Source: Candidatus Iainarchaeum sp. (GTDB lineage: Archaea > Iainarchaeota > Iainarchaeia > Iainarchaeales > Iainarchaeaceae). From it: a stretch of 64,000 bases of DNA. This document shows positions 26,553-34,190 of this stretch, one piece after another. Below the pieces are notes generated by a model that made no database searches, was not told where the DNA came from, and worked only from the letters and a program-made list of their open reading frames with translations. The position numbers and the translations under genes are program-made. Each line of letters opens with the position of its first letter. The stretch's first letter is position 1. The stretch is taken from NCBI GenBank assembly GCA_043812975.1, contig JBDRLP010000027.1:52111-116110 (forward strand). Reading direction: 5' to 3'.

Positions 26553-27206
26553 TTAAATCACAGTCGCAACAAAAAGCATTGTTACTGCTATTAGTGCCAT
26601 AATAGTCATTATGATTACAGTGTCAATTGCTAATGGGTTCCCAAAGTTAATGAAGAATAAAAATGCGTCTCCTATTCCAAATAATATTCCTAATGCAAGT
26701 AATGAATTTCCAATCAGTTTGTTCCTCCCCCCTATTCCTTTTATTCTTACTTCATCCATGTCTACCTGAACCTGCCTTACTGCTTCTCCTAATTCGTTTA
26801 GTTTAGTTTTAACACGATCATTAAGGTCATTTACTTTCTGGATGTTATCTCCTATCTGATCTTGGAATGTTTTACTTTGCCCAGTAATATCTTTTTCATA
26901 TTCTTTCAGGTCACCTATTACTGCTTTTGTTAATTGTTGTCTTGAATCATTAGCAGTATTCATTGCTTCTTCCTGAATAAATTTTTTCAGGGTTGGTTTT
27001 TCCTGTTCAAGTTCCTTTTGCACAATTTTTTTTATTTCTGTTTTCAATAACGCAAAAGTATCTGCCTGCCCTAAAAGTAAAAGTCGTTTTGCTTTTTCAG
27101 GTTCAACGCCTAGGTCTTTTAGCGTGCTGATTATTTTTTCTTCGCTTTCACCTTCTCTTACCATCTTTTCGATGATTTCTATAATGCTTGTTTCTTGTTG
27201 TGCCAT
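26553..27206 (-). CDS. Coiled-coil protein with a C-terminal membrane anchor, hypothetical
   Basis: Charged coiled-coil region plus C-terminal TM helices. Confidence 0.35.
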   Translation of the reverse strand: MAQQETSIIEIIEKMVREGESEEKIISTLKDLGVEPEKAKRLLLLGQADTFALLKTEIKKIVQKELEQEKPTLKKFIQEEAMNTANDSRQQLTKAVIGDLKEYEKDITGQSKTFQDQIGDNIQKVNDLNDRVKTKLNELGEAVRQVQVDMDEVRIKGIGGRNKLIGNSLLALGILFGIGDAFLFFINFGNPLAIDTVIIMTIMALIAVTMLFVATVI

Positions 27207-27865
27207 TATTCCACCAGTATTGGTTGTAATAAACGTTCGTTAGTATTTGAGGAACTCACATTAAAATAGATTGTGGTTTCGCCTTTTTGAGTTGGTAATA
27301 AGGAGTATTGTATTTTTTTGCATTCATCAGGCCCTATAGTAATAACATCTTTTTTAGACTGCTCTGAAAAGAAACCATTTTCATGCTCTTCTTCTATTTT
27401 AAACTGCTCATTCTTTTTTGATTTGTTACAAATATCAAGTGAAAAGCTGAATGTTTTTCCGAATAGTATTTCGCTTGGAAAGTTTGCTTTTATTGTGGTT
27501 GCCCCTTTTGCTCTTATCGCAATTAATTTTTCAAGAGTCATATGGTATGGAGCGCTAACAACCAGGGTAACCTGATTCTGATTAAGTCTATTTAAATTAA
27601 GCAGTATCTTTTGTTTCGGTGCTAAAAACCTGAATTTGTTAAAATCAATTTCCAGGCCTCCTTCTTTATATTTTACTGAAATATTATGGATTACTCGGTC
27701 AGTAGTATTAACCAGGTAAACTTCTTTTTCTCCTTCAGCCTCATTGAATTCTTCCTGAATTTCCAGTCCTCCGACAAACAGAAACAGGTAAACTATTAGT
27801 ATTGCAAATGCAATATAAACAACTAGAAATACCATAAGTGTTTTTTTTCTTTGTTCTGGAAGCAT
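27206..27865 (-). CDS. Membrane-anchored hypothetical protein
   Basis: N-terminal TM helix; start and stop overlap the neighbouring genes. Confidence 0.35.
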   Translation of the reverse strand: MLPEQRKKTLMVFLVVYIAFAILIVYLFLFVGGLEIQEEFNEAEGEKEVYLVNTTDRVIHNISVKYKEGGLEIDFNKFRFLAPKQKILLNLNRLNQNQVTLVVSAPYHMTLEKLIAIRAKGATTIKANFPSEILFGKTFSFSLDICNKSKKNEQFKIEEEHENGFFSEQSKKDVITIGPDECKKIQYSLLPTQKGETTIYFNVSSSNTNERLLQPILVE

Positions 27866-27887
27866 ACTTTAAGTAGGCTGTTTTTTA

Positions 27888-28637
27888 TTATAAAACTATT
27901 TTTCCCCTTTGAAAATCAGTTATAAGTATACTTGCTGCTTCATTCAGGTTAGGAGAACCGCCTTTTGCTAGTTTTTTACGTTTAATTGCCAATTTTTCTA
28001 AAAACTCCTCTCCGTCTTTGGCTTTTATTCCGTAAAAATTTTCCATTTTTTCAGGGTTACTTTTCAATAATTCCTCAGCTACTTCTATTCCTGTTCCTTC
28101 TAAATCTTCAAGGCTTTGAATGTTTTTTGCTGAAAGTAAAACCATAAGAATTTCATCTTTTTCTTCAAGCGGAATAACTCCAGGACTGTCAATAAGCATT
28201 ACTTTTGAACTTATTCTGACATACTGCATTCCTTTTGTAAAACCTGCAATTGCTCCGACTCCTGAACTTTTTTTTCCTTTAAGCATATTTATTACACTGC
28301 TTTTTCCAGTATTAGGATAACCAACAATCCCTACTTTTACTTCTTTTTTTCCAGAAAGCTTTCCGATTGCTTCTCTTAATTTTATTGTCCCCTGTTTATT
28401 TTTTGCAGAAACAAAAACACTTCTTACTCCGATTAATTCTTTTTGTTTTTTCACTTTTTCTTCAGAAACAAGATCAGATTTATTCATAACCAATAATAAT
28501 TTTTTCCCGCTTAATTCAACAATCCTTTCAAGTTCAGAATTTCTGCTTTTAGTCGGAAACCTAGCGTCTATTATTTCAAGCACGATATCTGCTTCATCAA
28601 CAACCTTTTTCACTATCTGCAAAAAACCTTTTTTCAT
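27888..28637 (-). CDS. Circularly permuted ribosome-biogenesis GTPase (YlqF/RbgA/YawG-like)
   Basis: G4 (NKSD) precedes G1 (GYPNTGKSSVIN) and G3 (DSPG), the hallmark order of cpGTPases. Confidence 0.75.
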   Translation of the reverse strand: MKKGFLQIVKKVVDEADIVLEIIDARFPTKSRNSELERIVELSGKKLLLVMNKSDLVSEEKVKKQKELIGVRSVFVSAKNKQGTIKLREAIGKLSGKKEVKVGIVGYPNTGKSSVINMLKGKKSSGVGAIAGFTKGMQYVRISSKVMLIDSPGVIPLEEKDEILMVLLSAKNIQSLEDLEGTGIEVAEELLKSNPEKMENFYGIKAKDGEEFLEKLAIKRKKLAKGGSPNLNEAASILITDFQRGKIVL

Positions 28638-28658
28638 TTTTAATCACTTATACTTCTT

Positions 28659-28880
28659 TCACATCGCTCCTTTAATCACATGGCCAGCTGTATTAAACAA
28701 ATAAATTCCGCCAAATACTATTATTGCAAAAATCGCAAAAATTCCCATGGGGCTAGATTCGGAAAAAACATCATTTATTGTAAAAATCTGTTGCAAGTTC
28801 GTGAAGAAAGATAATAATACAAAGCTTCCGAAAACAACAAGTAATCCAATTGCTAAAAATATTGTTTGTTTGGGTTTCAT
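28659..28880 (-). CDS. Small membrane protein
   Basis: Two TM helices. Confidence 0.35.
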   Translation of the reverse strand: MKPKQTIFLAIGLLVVFGSFVLLSFFTNLQQIFTINDVFSESSPMGIFAIFAIIVFGGIYLFNTAGHVIKGAM

Positions 28881-28966
28881 CAGAGTAACTTTAGCCTTTT
28901 TTCCTATTTATTACAACCTATGCGTTGGAGTTAGAATAATATTGTTGTTCAAACATACTTTTATGT

Positions 28967-29575
28967 ATGGGTACTTCCATTCATGTTAAACCAAGAAGAA
29001 AACCCAGAATAACTGTTGCTGAAAAATCAACTGTTCATCATTTCCGGCAAAAATTACCAACCACAATCCGTGGTTACCAGCCCATTTATTCAATGTTTCT
29101 AAAACATGCAATGCATGAAGGAAGGGTTTGCGGCAAATTGTTTGAAGTAGGGCCCCTTCACGGCAGGTTCATGAATTTTTTATGCAGAGAGCCATGTTTT
29201 GCACGCAACCCGGATTTTAGCGTGAGTGGCATTGAGTCTATTAAACTTGCGATTGACGCGATGCCAGAACCAGCCAAAAGCAGGACTGTCCACGCAAAAG
29301 TTGAATCCTTTGCTGAACAGCCAGGTGTGAAAGGGAGCGCTGATTTTGTTGTTGCAAGAGACCTGTTCAGTTCTCCCAGTGTATTCAAGCATACCAAGCC
29401 AAAGATATTTCATGCGATTTCTCGTCTTGTAAGGAAAGGGGGCAAAGTTTTTTTGGAGGTTGGCGAGCCAGGCACCCTCCCAAACAAAAAGGAAATCTCA
29501 GTAGAGGGTTTCCAAGTGATTGATTCTATTTCGCAACCGGCTCTGTACCTTCTGGTTCTTGAAAAAGTTCGTTAA
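28967..29575 (+). CDS. Putative SAM-dependent methyltransferase-like protein, compositionally atypical (about 45% GC)
   Basis: LFEVGPLHG (motif I-like), FVVARDLF and RLVRKGGKVFL (motif post-II-like); GC content is clearly above the local background. Confidence 0.45.
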   Translation: MGTSIHVKPRRKPRITVAEKSTVHHFRQKLPTTIRGYQPIYSMFLKHAMHEGRVCGKLFEVGPLHGRFMNFLCREPCFARNPDFSVSGIESIKLAIDAMPEPAKSRTVHAKVESFAEQPGVKGSADFVVARDLFSSPSVFKHTKPKIFHAISRLVRKGGKVFLEVGEPGTLPNKKEISVEGFQVIDSISQPALYLLVLEKVR

Positions 29576-29610
29576 ACCACCTCAGAACAGAATTTATGTT
29601 ATGTTTGTCT

Positions 29611-29961
29611 TTATAGAAGTTTCAGCTCTTTTGTAAACTTATTAATTTCGCTTTCAGGAACAGGACCAATTCCGACTGCTGTTGGTTCTCCGCTTGGAAT
29701 TTGTGTTCTTCCAGCATCTTTAATGAGTGCGGTTGGGAATAAGTTTTTGAGTTTTTCAAACCATTCAAGCAGTTCTTGTTTCGAACCAACTTTAAGCACA
29801 ATTTTTGCCTGTCCCTGGTCCTTCCATTCATCAATCGCTTTTGGGTCTTTTATAAGTGTTTTTTCATAAGCCGACAAAGAAGCATGACTAGATTGACTGG
29901 CAATTTTCCCTTTCCCCATTCCTAAATCACTTCTAATGATTATCACTTGTTTGTATTCCAT
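29611..29961 (-). CDS. pth2: Peptidyl-tRNA hydrolase (archaeal Pth2)
   Basis: KQVIIIRSDLGMGKGKIASQSSHAS... conserved Pth2 N-terminal motif. Confidence 0.85.
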   Translation of the reverse strand: MEYKQVIIIRSDLGMGKGKIASQSSHASLSAYEKTLIKDPKAIDEWKDQGQAKIVLKVGSKQELLEWFEKLKNLFPTALIKDAGRTQIPSGEPTAVGIGPVPESEINKFTKELKLL

Positions 29962-30055
29962 GCAAAAAACAACGCGAACAAAGAATATATTTGTTGCTCT
30001 TGAAGGGAGATGGAAATAGAATGGCGTTGAAGGTCTTGGAATCTTTTATGACTTT

Positions 30056-30316
30056 TTATTTGAAGCTTTTGAACCATTTTTCGTATTCTTTGTGATTTTT
30101 AAAACACCTAATAATGTAAAGTGTCTCTTCTTCAAAATTATAAATGAGTCTTGCTTGTTTTGTTACTTCTTCAACAAAGTAGGGCATACCGTGCTTTAAG
30201 TGTCTTTTGAAGGGGCTTTTGAATATTTTTTCAGCGTGTTTTATGAACTGTTGTCTCAGGGAATTATCTATTTTTTCTAAGTCACTGAGCGCATTCTTAG
30301 TGTAATAAATTTTCAT
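30056..30316 (-). CDS. RelE/ParE-family type II toxin
   Basis: About 86 aa basic protein with a RelE/YoeB-like pattern, immediately downstream (5-bp gap) of a small antitoxin-like gene. Confidence 0.6.
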   Translation of the reverse strand: MKIYYTKNALSDLEKIDNSLRQQFIKHAEKIFKSPFKRHLKHGMPYFVEEVTKQARLIYNFEEETLYIIRCFKNHKEYEKWFKSFK

Positions 30317-30320
30317 TTAA

Positions 30321-30566
30321 TCACAGGCCAAACTTTTTTTTCACTTCCTCGTGCGTAAAAGTTTTTGTTTTGCCTGAGTGGATTCCTGCCATTTCAGCAT
30401 CAATTCCCTTGTTTACAAGAATCACTTCTTCCCTTTCTTTTTCATAAGCCTTTGCTTTTCTTTTCAAATCCAAATACTCCTTTTCAGGAATAGTAACGAT
30501 ATTACTCATACTAACCATTTGTGCATCACTACCAATATAAGAATTACTTTTTCGGTTTAAAAACAA
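30321..30566 (-). CDS. Putative antitoxin (the internal start at 30518 is also possible)
   Basis: Small acidic/charged protein (VTIPEKEYLDLKRKAKAYEKEREE) directly upstream of the RelE-like gene. Confidence 0.5.
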   Translation of the reverse strand: MFLNRKSNSYIGSDAQMVSMSNIVTIPEKEYLDLKRKAKAYEKEREEVILVNKGIDAEMAGIHSGKTKTFTHEEVKKKFGL

Positions 30567-30648
30567 ATTCAGGCATCATTGCCGGTGCGGAGCCATTTTC
30601 CCAAAAAACAGCCCTCTTGGAAACAGCCAATATAAGTCAGTGTTGAAG

Positions 30649-31362
30649 TTATTCCAGCTTCCAATAAATCCGTCTGTTTTCAGCACCCTTGTTCTTAAAA
30701 TTCGTAATTCTCATTTTCCCTATTTCAGAAGTGTTTTTCACGTGGGTTCCGCCATCTGCCTGTACATCAAAATTTCCAATAGTAACAATTCTCAGTTCGG
30801 GAATGTTTTTTGGCAATACTCCTTTCAACCGGAATAGTTCAGGTCTTTGCAGTGCTTTTTCTGTTTCCTCATAACTAATAGTTATTTCCAGATTTTTTCC
30901 AATTATTTCATTGCTTTTTTCTTCAAAAGTTTTCAATAGTTCCCTGTCAAATTCCGGTACATTAAAATCCATTCTTGATTCTTCCAACCCAAGCTGGTTT
31001 CCGGTAATAAGTGCGCCAATTTCTTTGTTAATGATTCCTGCAAGAATATGTGCAGAAGTGTGCATTCTCATAAATTTTTCTCTTGGCTCCCAATCCAGAA
31101 TACATTTTACTTTTTCTCCTTCTGCAAGAAAATTTTTAGTTTCTATCTGGTGTGAAATTTCATCGCCAAATTGCTTTGCAAAAACAACATTTACTTTTGC
31201 CCCGTTTTCCTTTACAAGTTTTCCTGTATCTGTGGGCTGTCCTCCGCCTTGCGGATAAAAAATAGTTTTGTCCAGAACAACAAATTTTCCATCGTTAACT
31301 TTTGTAACAATTGCGTCAGTTTCTTTAAGATATGAATTATTAAGAAAAAGTTTTTCTGTCAT
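30649..31362 (-). CDS. alaX: AlaX-type alanyl-tRNA editing protein
   Basis: HTSAHIL (HxxxH) and ...DGGTHV (CxxxH-like zinc site) motifs of the AlaRS editing/second additional domain. Confidence 0.8.
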   Translation of the reverse strand: MTEKLFLNNSYLKETDAIVTKVNDGKFVVLDKTIFYPQGGGQPTDTGKLVKENGAKVNVVFAKQFGDEISHQIETKNFLAEGEKVKCILDWEPREKFMRMHTSAHILAGIINKEIGALITGNQLGLEESRMDFNVPEFDRELLKTFEEKSNEIIGKNLEITISYEETEKALQRPELFRLKGVLPKNIPELRIVTIGNFDVQADGGTHVKNTSEIGKMRITNFKNKGAENRRIYWKLE

Positions 31363-31391
31363 AAAAAACCAGAGTTAAAAAAGTATTTTAA

Positions 31392-31880
31392 TTATGATTG
31401 ATCAAAAAGATTTGACATTGGGGTTTCTGCTTCTACAGTTTCATTTTCTGTTCTTGTTTCGGTTTCAGTAGGCGTTTCCTGTACTGGAGGTTCTTCTTCT
31501 GCTTCAGCCTGTTCTGTTTGTTCAGAAATCCTGTTGCTCATTTCTGTAGGAGCTATTCCTTTGTAAATAACTTTTTTGGTCATTCCTTTTTCGCCCCATA
31601 AGTATGCTACTGTTTCTTCCTGGCCTTTAGTTGCCCAAACTGTTTTGTCATTTGCATGGTTTTCACCAGGATTTTTTAACATGAATAATGGGCTATAACC
31701 CAGTTTTACTCTGTCTCCCTGAACCTGAAGAACCTTAAAAACAGTCTCATCATTACCATTTCCTCTTATTCTGTCAAATCCTTCGTTTTCTGAAGCAGTA
31801 TATTCTTCAGTAGTAATGTCTTTTTTGAACGGCGGAGCCCAGTCTGCCCTAATGGTTTTAACCTCAAAAATTGCCTTCAT
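31392..31880 (-). CDS. Hypothetical protein with an acidic Thr/Glu-rich C-terminus; the ORF opens at 32060 across the structured element
   Basis: ORF; start taken at MKAIFEVK because the upstream part translates the GC-rich repeat element. Confidence 0.4.
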   Translation of the reverse strand: MKAIFEVKTIRADWAPPFKKDITTEEYTASENEGFDRIRGNGNDETVFKVLQVQGDRVKLGYSPLFMLKNPGENHANDKTVWATKGQEETVAYLWGEKGMTKKVIYKGIAPTEMSNRISEQTEQAEAEEEPPVQETPTETETRTENETVEAETPMSNLFDQS

Positions 31881-31921
31881 TGAAGAAATAAGTCTGCCGT
31901 GGTTTATATAGTTTGCTGTCG

Positions 31922-31990
31922 CCGCAGACCCGCGGCGGTAGGGCGTATTATCTTCGTCCCTTAAGGGGGACTCGATAATACTTGCGTTGT
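31922..31990 (+). repeat. GC-rich two-hairpin structured element, family copy A
   Basis: gccgc-agaccc-gcggc hairpin, GGUAGGGCG linker, 8-bp stem GUAUUAUC/GAUAAUAC enclosing UUCG...hairpin...GGACUC, ACUUGCG tail. Confidence 0.5.
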
Positions 31991-32050
31991 GTAGGAAGTC
32001 TGATCTGTGTATAAAGTCTGATTCTTGTGTAAAAAGCAAAACAAGAACAG
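31985..32050. repeat. Intergenic repeat, copy 1 (agtctgat...tgtgtaaaaagcaaaacaagaaca)
   Basis: Shares ctgtgtaaaaagcaaaacaagaaca with 32715..32775 and a partial copy at 33245..33290. Confidence 0.7.
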
Positions 32051-32131
32051 CACAAATCAACGAATGCTTACTGAAAATATTGTGTTATAACATTACTGTT
32101 GTGAATCATGAAATGAACGAATTGTCTATCA

Positions 32132-32689
32132 CTATTTCTTTTTGAATGTTAACCACAAAATTACTGGAGGATATGCAATTGCTGAAAGTCCAAAAAGGAG
32201 ATATAAAATAGGTATTAAAGCGCTTGATAGGGAAGGAGAAAAAGAAGTAAATAGAAAAATTACCGGAATAAATCCAATTACAATTAAGGCGATAAATTTC
32301 AGGAATTTTAAGAAAACTGGCCAAAATTTTTCTTTTTGGCTAAATTTGAGCCAACCAAAAGTTAGGATAGGCAATATTATTGAACCTAATAAAAAAAAGA
32401 CGTACAAAAAGGGGGCTATGTCAAGTAATTGGGTTAATGGTCCAAATGAAATCATAAGGGCAATACTAAAGAATAGTATAGTTACAAGAATAGGGCTTAT
32501 TACTTTTACTAAGAGTTGATGTTCAGTTTTTAGTCCGTCTAAAATCTTATTATATAAAAAATAACCAAAAAGAAACATGGAATATACAAAAAGAGGGATT
32601 ATAAAAATAATCCAAATAACGATTACTACAAGTGAATTAAAGGCGCCCCCAAAAGCAACTTGACCTCTTTGTTCATCTAAAATGTTCAT
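32132..32689 (-). CDS. Integral membrane protein, hypothetical
   Basis: 5-6 TM helices. Confidence 0.4.
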   Translation of the reverse strand: MNILDEQRGQVAFGGAFNSLVVIVIWIIFIIPLFVYSMFLFGYFLYNKILDGLKTEHQLLVKVISPILVTILFFSIALMISFGPLTQLLDIAPFLYVFFLLGSIILPILTFGWLKFSQKEKFWPVFLKFLKFIALIVIGFIPVIFLFTSFSPSLSSALIPILYLLFGLSAIAYPPVILWLTFKKK

Positions 32690-32714
32690 TTAAATCTATT
32701 AATATAAGTTTAAC

Positions 32715-32775
32715 TTATTTATAATTAATTCGCCGTGTAGAAAGTCTTGATTCTGTGTAAAAAGCAAAACAAGAA
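32715..32775. repeat. Intergenic repeat, copy 2
   Basis: gaaagtcttgattctgtgtaaaaagcaaaacaagaacaa. Confidence 0.7.
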
Positions 32776-32817
32776 CAATAAAACAAGAGTTATAAACTAG
32801 AACAGATTTATATTATT

Positions 32818-33246
32818 ATGAAGCCTTTAGTAAAAAAGTTTTTTCAGGGTTTAATGGGTGATTTCTTAATTGCTATTGGTTTAGTGATTGGATACGCTAT
32901 TGCGTTTTTCCTTCTCATTTTTGCAATAATGCTTATGCATCAATATATCGGGCCAGATTTCGTATTTATTTTTTGGCCTGTGCTGTTGCTTTTGCCTATC
33001 CTTGCGGTATTTTTGATTTTTAAATTCATAACTAACTCATGGTTTAGAGGGCTTGCCTTAATCGCTATTTCTTTGGAACTATTTTTGACTAAAATAATGT
33101 TTGGAGTGACTTCAGAAGGACTTGGGGCGACAATTAGCGATGCGGTTTCCTATGTGATGGTAGGAATTTTCTTTTTAGCAGGTCTATTATACTTGTTATC
33201 GGCAATTTTCAAATTTTTAAAATTCTCAGTTGGCAGCAATAAATAA
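32818..33246 (+). CDS. Integral membrane protein, hypothetical
   Basis: 4 TM helices. Confidence 0.4.
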   Translation: MKPLVKKFFQGLMGDFLIAIGLVIGYAIAFFLLIFAIMLMHQYIGPDFVFIFWPVLLLLPILAVFLIFKFITNSWFRGLALIAISLELFLTKIMFGVTSEGLGATISDAVSYVMVGIFFLAGLLYLLSAIFKFLKFSVGSNK

Positions 33247-33290
33247 AGTCTAAGTTGTGTAAAAAGTCCTCGTTCTGTGTAATTAATAAT
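33245..33290. repeat. Intergenic repeat, copy 3 (partial)
   Basis: agtctaagttgtgtaaaaagtcctcgttctgtgtaa. Confidence 0.55.
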
Positions 33291-33605
33291 TCACTTCAAT
33301 TTCACAGCAGTTCCGTATACCATTATTTCTGCTGCCGAAGCCATTATCTGGGAGGTAGTGAATCTCACGTTTATGATTGCGTCTGCTTTGAGAGCTTCTG
33401 CTTCTTCAACCATTCTTTGGGTTGATTCTTGTCTTGCTTCTGTTAGCATTTCAGTATACTCTTTGAGTTCGCCTCCAACAATTTGTCTCAAACCAGCCAT
33501 AATATCTTTACCAAACCATTTTGCTCGAATCGTGTTTCCTTTTACAATTCCAATAGTTTTAGTTATTTTTTTTCCTTCTACAAAATCTGTGTTTACTAAT
33601 ATCAT
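33291..33605 (-). CDS. YbjQ/UPF0145 (DUF74) family protein
   Basis: ILVNTDFVEGKKI...IGIVKGNTIRAK...GGELKEY...ADAIINVRF: typical YbjQ-family pattern. Confidence 0.7.
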   Translation of the reverse strand: MILVNTDFVEGKKITKTIGIVKGNTIRAKWFGKDIMAGLRQIVGGELKEYTEMLTEARQESTQRMVEEAEALKADAIINVRFTTSQIMASAAEIMVYGTAVKLK

Positions 33606-33614
33606 TTTTTCACC

Positions 33615-33848
33615 TCAATATTTGTCAAATTTTTCTTTTTTAATATCATTCATTCTTTCCTGAATCAATGATGCAATTATAATTCCTGCGCCGATTATTG
33701 ATATTGTCCAGCCTCCAAAAAAGGATATTGTGAAAAAGATTTCTCCAAAAACTCCGAATATTGGAAAAACAGTAAGCAAAATTAATCCAATTATTACAAT
33801 TATTATTCCAATTGATTGTGTTGTGTTCATTGAATAAATTAACTGCAA
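33615..33848 (-). CDS. Small membrane protein
   Basis: Two TM helices. Confidence 0.35.
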   Translation of the reverse strand: MQLIYSMNTTQSIGIIIVIIGLILLTVFPIFGVFGEIFFTISFFGGWTISIIGAGIIIASLIQERMNDIKKEKFDKY

Positions 33849-33878
33849 AGGGATTAAATTAGTATTTGAATTCAGAGT

Positions 33879-34082
33879 CTAGGATTTTGATTTCCTAAAT
33901 CCTTTTCCTTCAAGATTCTCTTGTGCTTTTGTAGCAGCTGTTACTTGAGGATGTTTTTCTACGTTCATTTGATGTCTAAACTCCTCTGCATAAGCTTCCC
34001 TGTGAGTTAAACCTCGTGTTCTATACAGCCCAATTCGCAAACTTGTTGGAGTTTTAGTAGGTCTTTTTGGCATATTTCCCAA
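33879..34082 (-). CDS. Small basic hypothetical protein
   Basis: ORF only. Confidence 0.3.
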   Translation of the reverse strand: MGNMPKRPTKTPTSLRIGLYRTRGLTHREAYAEEFRHQMNVEKHPQVTAATKAQENLEGKGFRKSKS

Positions 34083-34111
34083 AATAATTATGTTTTGATT
34101 CTATATTAATA

Positions 34112-34146
34112 TTCGCACCGGCAAGAATTTGAGTTCGCACCGGCAA
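34112..34146 (+). promoter_or_regulatory. Tandem TTCGCACCGGCAA motifs (2 copies, 22-bp spacing) upstream of the TATA-like box of nurA
   Basis: ttcgcaccggcaagaatttgagttcgcaccggcaa, then ttaatttaaaaa about 25 bp upstream of the ATG. Confidence 0.5.
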
Positions 34147-34190
34147 CCAACCCTAAGTTAATTTAAAAACCTCGAACCTTTGCTTTTACT

